From NCBI GenBank assembly GCA_902617895.1, contig CACMYJ010000005.1, positions 25,588-89,587 of the forward strand: a DNA stretch of 64,000 bases. The letters are read 5' to 3'. The notes below the pieces were generated by a model, which searched no databases, was not told the DNA's origin, and saw nothing but the letters and a program-made list of their open reading frames with translations. The position numbers and the translations under genes were made by a program. This document shows positions 1 to 9,985 of the stretch, in pieces. Every line of letters begins with the position of its first letter. Position 1 is the first letter of the stretch. This DNA comes from an uncultured Pelagibacteraceae bacterium (GTDB lineage: Bacteria; Pseudomonadota; Alphaproteobacteria; Pelagibacterales; Pelagibacteraceae).

Positions 1-2
1 AA

Positions 3-1151
3 AGTGGGTCAATAAATATTTTAGCAAATGATTTTCCTGCTCTAAGAACTTTAGTTGAAACTGCAAAAGAATGTAAAGGAAGTGCTGACTTTAAAGTCAC
101 TCACTCAGCTGAACACAACAAAATTGCAGTACCAGCTTTAACAGCAAATCCTTCAGAGTTTTCAGTCAGGGTTGCTGCTAATAGTTCTATAGTTCCATTA
201 ATGAATGCTGATTTAATTAGACCAATGAATGATCTAGTTAAAAAATATGGAAAAGGAATTCAAGAGTCACAACTCATTACAATTGATGGAAAAGTAATGG
301 CTGTAGCATTTATGGCTAATACACAACATCTTTACGTAAGAACAGATGTATTACAAGAAAATGGTATTGCTATTCCAAAAACTTACGAGGAAGTTGTAGC
401 GGCTGCTGAAAAAATAAGAGCAGCTGGAAAAATGAAATACCCATATGCAGCGGCATATAAAGCTGGATGGAATTTAGCTGAAGAATTTGTAAACATGTAC
501 ATTGGTCATGGTGGTGAATTCTTTAAAGATGGTGGTGCACAACCAAACATCAATAATGCTAAAGGTGTTGCAACTTTAAACATGTTGAAAAAACTAGCTG
601 ATTTAAGTAATCCTGATTATTTAACACATGATAGTGAAGCTATTAAAGTTGAATGGGAATCTGGAAACGTAGCTATTATGACCTTATGGGCATCTAGATC
701 TGGAACATTACTTGATGATGAAGGAGATGCTAAGATAACTGCTGCTACTAAGTTAGTTGCTCCAGCAACAGTTGGTGGAGGTAACATTCCTGCAGCAACA
801 CTTTGGTGGGATGGATTTACACTTGCTAAAAATAGATCTGACGCAGATGCAGAAGCTTCTTTTAGAGCAATGGCTCATGCAGCATCATCAAAAGAGATGG
901 TTGCAAAAGCTGCTGATCAAGCAGTTTGGTTAGTAGAAGGCTTTGTACCTGGTCCAAAATCTGTTGGAGTAATTGAAGCAGTTAAAATGGGAGCAAAACC
1001 TTATCCGATGTTACCACAAATGGGATTAATGCATGGTGCTTTGGGTAGTGAAATTGTTGAGTTTTTGCAAGGAAATGAGTCAGCTGAGCAAGCATTGAAA
1101 GATGTTGAAGCCGCTTATATCACTAAAGCAAAAGAACAAGGTTTTCTATAA
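3..1151 (+). CDS. Carbohydrate ABC transporter substrate-binding protein (SBP family 1), 5'-truncated by the window edge
   Basis: The frame is open from nt 3 (SGSINILANDFPALRTL...) into the tracked ORF at 201. SBP_bac_1-like C-terminus (SAEQALKDVEAAY). Followed by two permeases. Confidence 0.85.
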   Translation, partial: SGSINILANDFPALRTLVETAKECKGSADFKVTHSAEHNKIAVPALTANPSEFSVRVAANSSIVPLMNADLIRPMNDLVKKYGKGIQESQLITIDGKVMAVAFMANTQHLYVRTDVLQENGIAIPKTYEEVVAAAEKIRAAGKMKYPYAAAYKAGWNLAEEFVNMYIGHGGEFFKDGGAQPNINNAKGVATLNMLKKLADLSNPDYLTHDSEAIKVEWESGNVAIMTLWASRSGTLLDDEGDAKITAATKLVAPATVGGGNIPAATLWWDGFTLAKNRSDADAEASFRAMAHAASSKEMVAKAADQAVWLVEGFVPGPKSVGVIEAVKMGAKPYPMLPQMGLMHGALGSEIVEFLQGNESAEQALKDVEAAYITKAKEQGFL

Positions 1152-1164
1152 AATATAAATTAAT

Positions 1165-1192
1165 TAAGTGGGGATATAACTATCCCCACTTA
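1165..1192 (+). terminator. Stem-loop after the SBP gene (partial terminator or mRNA stabiliser)
   Basis: TAAGTGGGGATA-TAAC-TATCCCCACTTA, perfect 12-bp inverted repeat between SBP and permease. Confidence 0.7.
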
Positions 1193-1202
1193 TAAATTTA
1201 TC

Positions 1203-2231
1203 ATGCCCAATAGAAGTTTTTTCTGGTTTTTTTTCCCAGCAGGTTTAGCAATGATTTTATTCATTGGGCTACCAATTATTTCAACAGGGATTCAATCTTT
1301 TTACGCTCAACATGATCAAATACTCATTGAGGTTAAAAAATGTGATCCATTTGGATGCAAAACATCAGTAGTTGTAGATCAAGAAGCTACTTCAAAAATT
1401 AAAGAAGAGAAACCATTAGGAAAATTTAATGGTTTTGGTACATACATTGATAGAAATCACTTGGCATCTGATCAAGTGTCAGAATTTTGGAACGAGAGTA
1501 AATCAGTAGGTGAATTTATTGGTAAAGTAGGAAATCTTCCGTTTTACAAAGCTTTAGTATTTACCTTAACTTATTGTGTAATTGTTACACCATGCGTTCT
1601 GCTTTTAGGATTTATTATTGCACTAAGTCTAAACGCAATTTCTAGAAAAATTAGAGGTCCCCTTATTTTTGGTACAATTTTACCAATGATTGTAACTCCT
1701 TTGGTAGGTTCACTTGTGTTATTCTGGATGATTGATGCAGAAGGAATTATAGGTGCAAATCTTCAAATATTAATGGATGATCCTTACTTATCGGTTAAAT
1801 CATCAAAAGCTTTAACTTGGATTACAATTATTATTTATGGAGTTTGGCATCACTCCCCTTTTGCTTTTGTTGTTTTTTATGCAGCACTTCAAACTGTTCC
1901 GCAAGAACCATTAGAAGCTTCAATAATAGATGGTGCTTCAAGATTTCAAAGGGTTAAACATATAGTTTTACCACATATATATCCCGTAGTTACATTTGTT
2001 GCTTTAATTTCATTAATGGATAATTTTAGAGTATTTGAACCCATCATAGGTTTTAGTGCTGAGGGTAGTGCCCAATCTTTATCCTGGTTGATTTATGATA
2101 ACTTAGTTAATGAGGAAGTAATTTTATTTGGATCAGCAGCAGCAACATCGATTATGACTATTGTAGGAATTTCAATAATTTTAACGCCAGTTTTACTGAG
2201 AACTTGGAAAGAGTTTAGAACAAATAGATAA
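1203..2231 (+). CDS. Sugar ABC transporter permease (MalF/UgpA-like)
   Basis: Multiple TM segments; EAA motif EASIIDGASRFQRVKHIVLP. Confidence 0.9.
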   Translation: MPNRSFFWFFFPAGLAMILFIGLPIISTGIQSFYAQHDQILIEVKKCDPFGCKTSVVVDQEATSKIKEEKPLGKFNGFGTYIDRNHLASDQVSEFWNESKSVGEFIGKVGNLPFYKALVFTLTYCVIVTPCVLLLGFIIALSLNAISRKIRGPLIFGTILPMIVTPLVGSLVLFWMIDAEGIIGANLQILMDDPYLSVKSSKALTWITIIIYGVWHHSPFAFVVFYAALQTVPQEPLEASIIDGASRFQRVKHIVLPHIYPVVTFVALISLMDNFRVFEPIIGFSAEGSAQSLSWLIYDNLVNEEVILFGSAAATSIMTIVGISIILTPVLLRTWKEFRTNR

Positions 2232-2233
2232 TT

Positions 2234-3115
2234 ATGGATTTTGGATTAGATAAAAAATCAAACAGTTTAAAAACCTTCAACACAATATTTATAGTTATAT
2301 GGTTATTACTTGCATGTTTTCCATTTATTTGGACGTTTTGGGGATCCTTTAAAGTCAGAGCTGACTTTTTCTCAAGAGCTGATTGGTGGTATGCAATAAC
2401 AGCTTTTAATACTTTAATTGAGACTGGCGCTAGATTTACCAAGGAAGCTTATAGTGGAGCGTGGTTTGAAGGTGAATTTTGGAAAGCTTCAAGAAACACA
2501 GTAATAGTTACAATTAGTGTTGTCTCAATTTCATTATTTCTTGGCACACTAGGTGCATACGCACTATCCAGATCTACAAAAAATTATGCATTTTGGATTT
2601 TAATTATTGCTTTAATTTTTAGAGCAATGCCGCATATAACATTGGTGTCAGGTTATCTATTCCCTTTTTTTCAATTACAAATTTGGGGAATTTTACCAAC
2701 TACAATTGTAGTTCTTGTTGCAATCAATCAACCTTTTACCTTATGGCTCCTTTATTCATTTTTTAAAACTGTACCTAAAGAATTAGATGAAAGTGCCTTG
2801 ATTGATGGTTGTTCATACTTCCAAGCCTTTAGACATATTATAATGCCAGTGATGTGGCCAGGAGTAATCACAGCTGGATTGTTTAGTCTCATGTTAGCTT
2901 ATAATGATTTTACTGTAACAGCTTTATTGTTAAACCAAGAGAACCACACTATGGTTCCCAAAATTCAAAGTTACCTTGGAACCAATCAACATGAAGGAAA
3001 TTTAATGTGGGCTGTATCTGCAGTTGTGTCTGCTACTGCTCCATTATTTCTATTAGTAATGTTTTTTCAAAGACAGGTTATAAGTGGATTAACGGCTGGT
3101 GCCATTAAAGGCTAA
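2234..3115 (+). CDS. Sugar ABC transporter permease (MalG-like)
   Basis: EAA motif ESALIDGCSYFQAFRHIIMP; C-terminus GLTAGAIKG. Confidence 0.9.
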   Translation: MDFGLDKKSNSLKTFNTIFIVIWLLLACFPFIWTFWGSFKVRADFFSRADWWYAITAFNTLIETGARFTKEAYSGAWFEGEFWKASRNTVIVTISVVSISLFLGTLGAYALSRSTKNYAFWILIIALIFRAMPHITLVSGYLFPFFQLQIWGILPTTIVVLVAINQPFTLWLLYSFFKTVPKELDESALIDGCSYFQAFRHIIMPVMWPGVITAGLFSLMLAYNDFTVTALLLNQENHTMVPKIQSYLGTNQHEGNLMWAVSAVVSATAPLFLLVMFFQRQVISGLTAGAIKG

Positions 3116-3774
3116 TGACAATCAAAGCAGTCTTATTTGGTTCAATTGGAACAATTATTGAGACCTCTGATATACAAAGAAATTGTTTTAATCAAGCATT
3201 TCAAAAAGTAGGATTAAATTGGTACTGGAGTAAAAAAATTTATAAATCAATGTTAAAAAAACCAGGCGGAGAGAAAAGAGTTAGGAAATATAGTTTAGAA
3301 AATAATACATCTACTAATGCAAAAAAAATAAGAAATTTAAAAACATTAATATTTAATAATTATCTAAAAAAAAATAAAATAAAACCAAGACCTGGAGTCT
3401 TAGATATTATCAGTTACTGTAAGAGAAACAAAATAAAAATAGGATTTGCTACATCTACAACAAAAAATAATATTGATTCAGTTTTTTTATCCACAGTAAA
3501 ATATCTTAAGAAGAAAGATTTTAATTATATTGGTAATACCAATGGTAGTAAAAAGACAAAAACAAAATTAGAAATTTACAAACATTGTTTAAAGAAACTT
3601 AAATTAAAAAATGATGAATGTATTGCAATTGAAGATACAGAAATTAGCCTAAAATCAGCCGTTAAAGCAAAAATTAAATGTATCGCTTTTCCAGGAGATT
3701 TTCACACAGATAGTAAGTTCAAAAACTCACTAATTAGGGTAAGAAAGTTAAAAACTGATTTAATATTTAATTAG
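3115..3774 (+). CDS. HAD-IA/CbbY-like protein with degenerate motif I
   Basis: AVLFGSIGT in place of DxDGT; RPGV, FATST and IAIEDT motifs; start overlaps the permease stop (TAATG). Confidence 0.75.
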   Translation: MTIKAVLFGSIGTIIETSDIQRNCFNQAFQKVGLNWYWSKKIYKSMLKKPGGEKRVRKYSLENNTSTNAKKIRNLKTLIFNNYLKKNKIKPRPGVLDIISYCKRNKIKIGFATSTTKNNIDSVFLSTVKYLKKKDFNYIGNTNGSKKTKTKLEIYKHCLKKLKLKNDECIAIEDTEISLKSAVKAKIKCIAFPGDFHTDSKFKNSLIRVRKLKTDLIFN

Positions 3775-4214
3775 AGTGAATTTATTAAATCTGGAGCCAT
3801 TTTCTTAGATTTTGATGAAAATCTAAGTTTTTTTATTGCTTCTAGGTTTGATTTATCATCACCCACAACTACAAAACCAATCATACCCATATTTTTATGA
3901 GGTGTGCACCAGTATGCATAAATTCCTGGAACTTCGAATTTATATTCAACATCTTTATTGAATTTTGATTTAAATTTGCCAACTCCCTCTGGAACTCCTT
4001 TTTTAATAAATTCAACGTTGTGACCTTTATCTTTAGCTTTCCAAAGAACTGTATCTCCAACGTTAACTCTTACTATTTTTGGTTCAAAAATATTTGACTG
4101 TTTATCCAGTCTATTTAACATTTCTACAGTTTCATCTGCGGCCAAACCGATATTAGCAAAAAGTGTAGATAATAAAAAGGTAGTGATAATTAAAAATTTT
4201 TTGTGTGATTTCAT
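3771..4214 (-). CDS. Pseudoazurin-like type-1 blue copper protein
   Basis: Signal peptide; GHNVEF and YWCTPHKNMGM supply His/Cys/His/Met ligands. Start at 4214 or 4223. Confidence 0.85.
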   Translation of the reverse strand: MKSHKKFLIITTFLLSTLFANIGLAADETVEMLNRLDKQSNIFEPKIVRVNVGDTVLWKAKDKGHNVEFIKKGVPEGVGKFKSKFNKDVEYKFEVPGIYAYWCTPHKNMGMIGFVVVGDDKSNLEAIKKLRFSSKSKKMAPDLINSL

Positions 4215-4287
4215 AAGATGCATATATGTTTTTAAAATAATCTTACAACAAGCAATATGTGTTACAAGTTGACACGGGCTGAGAGAA

Positions 4288-5454
4288 TTAAACTTTTCTT
4301 GATAATCTTTCAGCTCTTAGTGTTGTAAAAATAATTATAATTAGAAAAGGTATGCAAAGCATATTCATTGTTTTCCAGCTAGTATAACTTAAAACAACAC
4401 CTGCTGTTAAACTTGCAGTAGCTTGAATTGAAAAAACTATAAAATCATTAAAACCTTGAGCTCTAAACCTTTCTTCTTCTCTATAATTTAATACAAGTAA
4501 GCTTGTCCCTGATATAAATAGAAAATTCCATCCAAGACCTAAAAATATTAATGAAAATAAATAGTTTGTAACTGTTTGATCCAGATAACTCAGAAATATT
4601 GTGATTATAAAAAATAATACGCCGCAATACATAATTTTGCTGTGTCCGAATTTTTTAATTAGATTTCCGGTAACTAATGCTGGCAGGAACATGCTAATTA
4701 TATGTAATTGAATTACAAAACTGGTGCTGTTTAAAGACATATTATCATTAATATGCATGCTTATTGGGGTAGCGGTCATTAAAAAAGACATTACTGCATA
4801 AGCAAAAGATGAGGAGACTAAAGCCTGAAGAAACCTTGGTTGAGAAATTAATTCTAAAATTGATCTTCCTCTTGAAATTTTTTTTTTCTCGGTAACTTTC
4901 TTTTCATTATAAAAAACTAAAAAAATAATTGATGATAAAGTTAATAATGACAAACATAGATAAGAGCCTACATATAAACCCTCTGAAATTAAATTCTTTC
5001 CAAGATTTGCTAGATTAGGACCTAATAAAGCTGACAAAATTCCTGCAAAAAGTAATAAAGAAATGGCTTTTGGAGCCTGTTTTTTATCTACACTTTCAGC
5101 TGCTGCAAAACGATATTGATGAGCAAATGCCATCCCAAATCCAAGTGAAAAGCATGAAAACGAATAAAGGATAAAATTTTGTTTCATTACTGCATAAGCT
5201 GCCAGTAAAGCAAACAATGAGGTTGTGATGGATGAAAGTATAAATCCTTTTTTTCTACCAGTGATGCTCATTATTTTAGAAGCAGCTATTATAAAAATGG
5301 CCGTACCAACTATTGATAACGACATTGGCAATGTAGACAAAGATTTAATTGGGCTTATGCTAGATCCAATTATTCCACTTAAAAAAACTGTTACAGGTGC
5401 AACTGAAAATGCGCATGCATTGCTTGCAAATAGCAACCATACATTTTTATTCAT
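4288..5454 (-). CDS. MFS transporter
   Basis: About 12 TM segments; GRKKGF loop; YRFAAAE motif. Confidence 0.85.
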   Translation of the reverse strand: MNKNVWLLFASNACAFSVAPVTVFLSGIIGSSISPIKSLSTLPMSLSIVGTAIFIIAASKIMSITGRKKGFILSSITTSLFALLAAYAVMKQNFILYSFSCFSLGFGMAFAHQYRFAAAESVDKKQAPKAISLLLFAGILSALLGPNLANLGKNLISEGLYVGSYLCLSLLTLSSIIFLVFYNEKKVTEKKKISRGRSILELISQPRFLQALVSSSFAYAVMSFLMTATPISMHINDNMSLNSTSFVIQLHIISMFLPALVTGNLIKKFGHSKIMYCGVLFFIITIFLSYLDQTVTNYLFSLIFLGLGWNFLFISGTSLLVLNYREEERFRAQGFNDFIVFSIQATASLTAGVVLSYTSWKTMNMLCIPFLIIIIFTTLRAERLSRKV

Positions 5455-5461
5455 TAAGGTA

Positions 5462-6964
5462 TTATACTCTTTTCTTACCTTGAACTACTCTGTCCAATAT
5501 TAAAGCAACAAATAATATTGCAATACCAGCTAAAATTCCTTGTCCAACATTTGCATATTGAAGTGCCTCAAGTACGTCTTGTCCTAAACCTTTTGCTCCG
5601 ATCAGTGAAGCTACAACAACCATTGCTAAACTTAACATCACAGTTTGATTTACACCAGCTAGTATTGAAGGTGTCGCCAGTGGTAGATCTACTTTTCTTA
5701 ACAAATACCATTTGGATGCACCATAAGCTATTGCAGCTTCTCTGATAGTTTCAGGAACGCCTCTTAAACCTAAGACTGTAAGTCTAACAACAGGTGTTCC
5801 TCCAAAAATCATTGTAATAATTACAGCCGCAACCTTGCCTGTTCCAAAAAACGCAATGACTGGAATCATAAATACAAATGCAGGCATAGTTTGCATAAAA
5901 TCCATTATTGGTCTTATCATTGAATAAAATCTCTGACGTCTCGCACAATAAATTCCTAAAGGTATTCCAATAACAATACTTAGTATTGCAGCTGTACCAA
6001 GTAAAGCAAGTGTGGTCATTGCTTTAACCCAAAATCCCAAAAAACCCATGTAAGCTAAAAATCCTGCAGAGTATATTGCGGTTCTTATTCCTGCTGATAA
6101 AGCAGTTAAAACTACAATGGTAGTTATGATCACAATCCAAGGTGTTTTTACAAATAACAATTCTAAAAAATCAAGAACAGATCTTATTCCAATTGTAATT
6201 GCAGTAAATACTGCGTCTCCTTTAATAACAGCATAATCAAAAATTGTTTCTACCCATTTAATAGAAGTAAGTCTTATTTCTGGATGAGTAGGAAAATCAT
6301 TCATTATTGAGAAGAAACCTGGGAAACTATAATGTATCACTGAAAAAAACATTATCACTATTGTAAAACCAACACTAAGTAAGTAATTTTTTGGTTTCAT
6401 GCCAGGACTTATTGATTTATTTGATAACCACTCAGAGTATCTTTTCTCTAAAACAGTATTGGCTAATATTCCTTGAATAAATTTTACAAAAATTAGTAAT
6501 ATAATCCCTGAAATAGTTATCCATATTGCTGAAGCCTCGATTTGCTGAACATCAACTACATATTCTTTCATTGCGTCTTCAAGTGATTTGATTGCCCTTT
6601 CGTAGACTTCGACTTTATCTGGGTTGTTTTCTTTTGCAGCCTCTAATTGTTTGTATCTAAAATCGATAGTTGATTGAATTTTGTCAATTTTTTCAACTGC
6701 ATCTTTAGTGATGTTGCCAAATAATCCTCTAACAATTTGAACAACAGCAAATGTTTCCACAATTAGAAATGCCAGAGCATAATTCCATACATTTCTTAGT
6801 CCAAACCATACAGGTCCAAACAATGCTGCAAAAAGGTTAAAAGAGTAAGAGTAAGATGGTTTGCTGCCAATTTTTTTAAACTCTTTGATATAATAATCTG
6901 GATTTGAAATTACAAAATTTTTGATAAGTTCGGATCTTGATAAATTTTTAATTTCCTTACTCAT
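5462..6964 (-). CDS. proW: Glycine betaine/proline ABC permease with long N-terminal extension
   Basis: C-terminal half is ProW-like (DFMQTMPAFVFMIP, EAAIAYGAS). Likely start is ATG 6964 (track gives 6982). Confidence 0.85.
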   Translation of the reverse strand: MSKEIKNLSRSELIKNFVISNPDYYIKEFKKIGSKPSYSYSFNLFAALFGPVWFGLRNVWNYALAFLIVETFAVVQIVRGLFGNITKDAVEKIDKIQSTIDFRYKQLEAAKENNPDKVEVYERAIKSLEDAMKEYVVDVQQIEASAIWITISGIILLIFVKFIQGILANTVLEKRYSEWLSNKSISPGMKPKNYLLSVGFTIVIMFFSVIHYSFPGFFSIMNDFPTHPEIRLTSIKWVETIFDYAVIKGDAVFTAITIGIRSVLDFLELLFVKTPWIVIITTIVVLTALSAGIRTAIYSAGFLAYMGFLGFWVKAMTTLALLGTAAILSIVIGIPLGIYCARRQRFYSMIRPIMDFMQTMPAFVFMIPVIAFFGTGKVAAVIITMIFGGTPVVRLTVLGLRGVPETIREAAIAYGASKWYLLRKVDLPLATPSILAGVNQTVMLSLAMVVVASLIGAKGLGQDVLEALQYANVGQGILAGIAILFVALILDRVVQGKKRV

Positions 6965-8009
6965 TCTCATTTCCTTCAACAACTGCCTTTAATAGGTCTG
7001 ATTGAGTAATAATTCCAACTTCCGTATTAAGATCATTTACAACTACAATTGGTTTATCTTTAGAAACAGAAGTTTCAATAAGTTTGCTTAATATGTCGTT
7101 TTCATTTACTTTTTCATTATTACTTAAATTTTCCCCGAAGTTTTTTTTATATTGCTCTAAAGGTTGCATAACAGTTTTAGCCTGAACAACTTTTAATCTT
7201 GAAATTCCTTTTACAAAATCTGCAACATAATCATCAGATGGATTTACAACTATTTCTTCAGGGGTTCCGATTTGAACTACTCTTCCATCTCGCATTATTG
7301 CTATTCTATGTCCAACTCTTACAGCTTCATCAAGATCATGAGTTATAAATACAGTTGTCTTTTTCATTTGTTTTGAAAGTTTAATAAACTCTGTTTGAAG
7401 TTGGCGTCTTATAAGCGGATCAAGTGCACTAAAAGGCTCATCCATGAGTAAAAATTCAGGATCAGCAGCTAATGCTCTGGCCAATCCTACCCTTTGTTGC
7501 ATTCCTCCAGATAATTCATGTGCGTATTTATTACCCCATCCTTGTAATTCAACAATATTTAAGATGTTATTTGCTGCATCTAACCTGTCGTTTTTACTTA
7601 CTCCTCTTATTTCTAAAGGCATTGCAATATTATCTAAAACAGATCTGTGGGGCATCAATGCAAAATTTTGAAAAACCATACCAATTTTTTTATTTCTAAG
7701 TTCTTGTAAATTTTCTTTATTAAATTGCATTACATCCTGGTTATTTATTAAAATTTTTCCAGATGTTGGCTCTAATAATCTATTAATATGCCTTACAAGT
7801 GTTGACTTACCGCTTCCAGATAATCCCATAACACAAAAGATTTCACCTTTATTAACATCAAACGAAACATCAGAAACTCCAATTACTGAGTTATACTTTT
7901 CTAAAGCTTCTTGTTTTGAAATTTTCCTATTTTGGATTGCATCTAATGCATCACTGGATGTATTTCCGAATATTTTCCAAACGTTTTGGATCTGTATAGC
8001 AGCTTCCAT
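6957..8009 (-). CDS. proV: Glycine betaine/proline ABC ATP-binding protein
   Basis: GLSGSGKST, LSGGMQQRVGLARALA, MDEPFSALDPLIRR; C-terminal CBS-like region. Confidence 0.9.
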   Translation of the reverse strand: MEAAIQIQNVWKIFGNTSSDALDAIQNRKISKQEALEKYNSVIGVSDVSFDVNKGEIFCVMGLSGSGKSTLVRHINRLLEPTSGKILINNQDVMQFNKENLQELRNKKIGMVFQNFALMPHRSVLDNIAMPLEIRGVSKNDRLDAANNILNIVELQGWGNKYAHELSGGMQQRVGLARALAADPEFLLMDEPFSALDPLIRRQLQTEFIKLSKQMKKTTVFITHDLDEAVRVGHRIAIMRDGRVVQIGTPEEIVVNPSDDYVADFVKGISRLKVVQAKTVMQPLEQYKKNFGENLSNNEKVNENDILSKLIETSVSKDKPIVVVNDLNTEVGIITQSDLLKAVVEGNENE

Positions 8010-8042
8010 AAAAGGATTTTAGCTTAATATTATTGAAAATGA

Positions 8043-8069
8043 TACCTGGCAACTATAAGTCGCCAGGTA
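8043..8069 (-). terminator. Stem-loop after proX
   Basis: TACCTGGCAACT-ATA-AGTCGCCAGGTA, near-perfect inverted repeat. Confidence 0.6.
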
Positions 8070-8091
8070 AATTAAATTTAAATTGACTAAA

Positions 8092-9054
8092 TTAAAGACC
8101 TAACCAACCATCAACTGTTGATTTATTTTTAGTCATCCAGTCTCTTGCAACTTCTCCTGGGTCTCTTTTTTGAACTGATACTTCGTATGCCATCCAAGAA
8201 ACATCATCAGCTGTTATCTGGAAATTTTTAAAAAATTCAACAATCGCTGGTGATTTACTTTCTAAAGAAGTTCCCCATCCGATTTGAATTTGTTTCAAAG
8301 CATCCTTTGAAGCTACATATGATTTTTGATACCAATCTGCATCTGCTTTTGGTTGAATCATTTTATATTTAGCTGGATCATACTTAGGTTCTTCCAACAT
8401 AACTACATCAGCCATTCCCCAAATAGCATGAGGTTTGTAACAATAAAATGCGTAACCCTCACCCTTTTTGATCGAGTCTAAAACTCTAGCATTTTTTACA
8501 GCTTCAGCAGCTCTTATTGGCTCTATACCAGCATCGTAAAGTTTATAGTCTCTAAGTTTTACTTGGTTTACATTTGCAGAAGCCCATCCGTCAGCACCAA
8601 TCCAAAACTCACCTTTTCCATTTCCATCACTATCCATTGCTTTAACAACTTCTGGTCTCCCCAAATCTTCTATTGCAGTAATATTCATTTTTTTTGCAAA
8701 TTGTTGAGAAACACAATAGCCTTGATTTCCCTCATAAGGATTTTTGCTTAATTTTAATGTTCCTTTCGGCACTAAATCTTTTGTATAAGCTTCTTGATTT
8801 GGTAGCCAAATATCAGGGTGAACTTCGATTTCACCTTTGCTTCTATCAATCGCTCCATAGATTGCAGTATTGTTTCCTGGAACTAACTCGGCTTCACCAC
8901 CCATTTTGTCAATGACAACAGCAGCAAGTAAATTTGCAATTGCAGTTGCACCCGTCCAACCAGGATCACCAATTTTTACTTTTTCAGCAAAACTTGAGGC
9001 TGGTACAAATAATGAAATTACTCCAGCCACAAGAATTTTTTTGATTATATTCAT
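8092..9054 (-). CDS. proX: Betaine/proline-type ABC substrate-binding protein (OpuAC/ProX family)
   Basis: Signal peptide (SFA-EK); WTG, DIWLPNQ and YCYKPH features; lies upstream of proV and proW. Confidence 0.85.
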   Translation of the reverse strand: MNIIKKILVAGVISLFVPASSFAEKVKIGDPGWTGATAIANLLAAVVIDKMGGEAELVPGNNTAIYGAIDRSKGEIEVHPDIWLPNQEAYTKDLVPKGTLKLSKNPYEGNQGYCVSQQFAKKMNITAIEDLGRPEVVKAMDSDGNGKGEFWIGADGWASANVNQVKLRDYKLYDAGIEPIRAAEAVKNARVLDSIKKGEGYAFYCYKPHAIWGMADVVMLEEPKYDPAKYKMIQPKADADWYQKSYVASKDALKQIQIGWGTSLESKSPAIVEFFKNFQITADDVSWMAYEVSVQKRDPGEVARDWMTKNKSTVDGWLGL

Positions 9055-9086
9055 ATTTTCCCCATTTAAGTTATTTTTATAAATAA

Positions 9087-9116
9087 AATCTAACTTTGTT
9101 TTAAATTTAGAGTCAA
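9087..9116 (-). promoter_or_regulatory. Putative sigma70 promoter of proXVW
   Basis: Minus strand TTGACT-N18-TAGATT. Confidence 0.4.
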
Positions 9117-9172
9117 CATTTCTAATAAGCTAAATAGTAAAATCTGCTATGCAAAAGCCTAAAATGGCCGAT

Positions 9173-9925
9173 TTAAATAAGAAAGTCCTCAACAACTTGG
9201 TTAAATTTCTGAGGCTGCTCAAGATGTACATTGTGACAGCAGTTATTAAATATTTTTAAATCACTATCAGGAATATTATTGTTAAGTATCGAGACTTGTT
9301 CAAAATTATAAGATTTGTCTTTATCTCCCCAAATTATCAAGGTTTTGTTTTTTATTTTTTTTAAATTTTCTAATCCGTTCCAGTCTCTCATGGCTATTAG
9401 GGCGTTACGCGCTGTTTCTTCAGATATATTTTTAACTGCATTTTCACATAAATAATAATTTTTGGCTAGATCTCCTTCAACAAACCACTTTGGTGGTATT
9501 CTTTTTACTTGTTCCTTAATTCCTTCCTCACCCAGCTTTTTTATCGATGTATTTATAGGTTCAAATCTTCCTGGGATGTCACCTATAGGTCCAGTAGCGA
9601 AACAAATCAATTTATTAATTCTATCTCCAGATATATTTGCAATTTCTTGTACTATCATTCCACCCATAGAGTGACCCATTAAATTAAACTTATCTATATT
9701 TTTTAAATCAATTTGTTGGATAATGAATTTAGCCATTAAACTAATACTATTTAAAGATTTTGCATTAAAGCTTTCACCAAATCCTGGTAAGGCTGGTGCA
9801 ATAATTCTAAATTTTTTATGAAGATAATCTTTTTGGAGTTTCCACATTTCTGATGATCCTAGATATCCATGAACTAAAACTAGTGGATATCCTGAACCAA
9901 TATCATCAATATAAATATCTTGCAT
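9173..9925 (-). CDS. Alpha/beta hydrolase
   Basis: LVHGYLG oxyanion motif, GHSMGG nucleophile elbow, GDKD acid, H in CHNVHLEQP. Confidence 0.9.
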   Translation of the reverse strand: MQDIYIDDIGSGYPLVLVHGYLGSSEMWKLQKDYLHKKFRIIAPALPGFGESFNAKSLNSISLMAKFIIQQIDLKNIDKFNLMGHSMGGMIVQEIANISGDRINKLICFATGPIGDIPGRFEPINTSIKKLGEEGIKEQVKRIPPKWFVEGDLAKNYYLCENAVKNISEETARNALIAMRDWNGLENLKKIKNKTLIIWGDKDKSYNFEQVSILNNNIPDSDLKIFNNCCHNVHLEQPQKFNQVVEDFLI

Positions 9926-9985
9926 AATTGTTTATAAAATATAGTTGTATATTGTAACTTTTAAAACAAAATTCAAAGTAGATTT

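Noticed and set aside
4272-4287. GGGCTGAGAG resembling the TPP riboswitch core
   Set aside because: It is on the strand opposite the flanking genes, the gap is only about 65 nt, no other TPP helices are present, and no thiamine gene follows.
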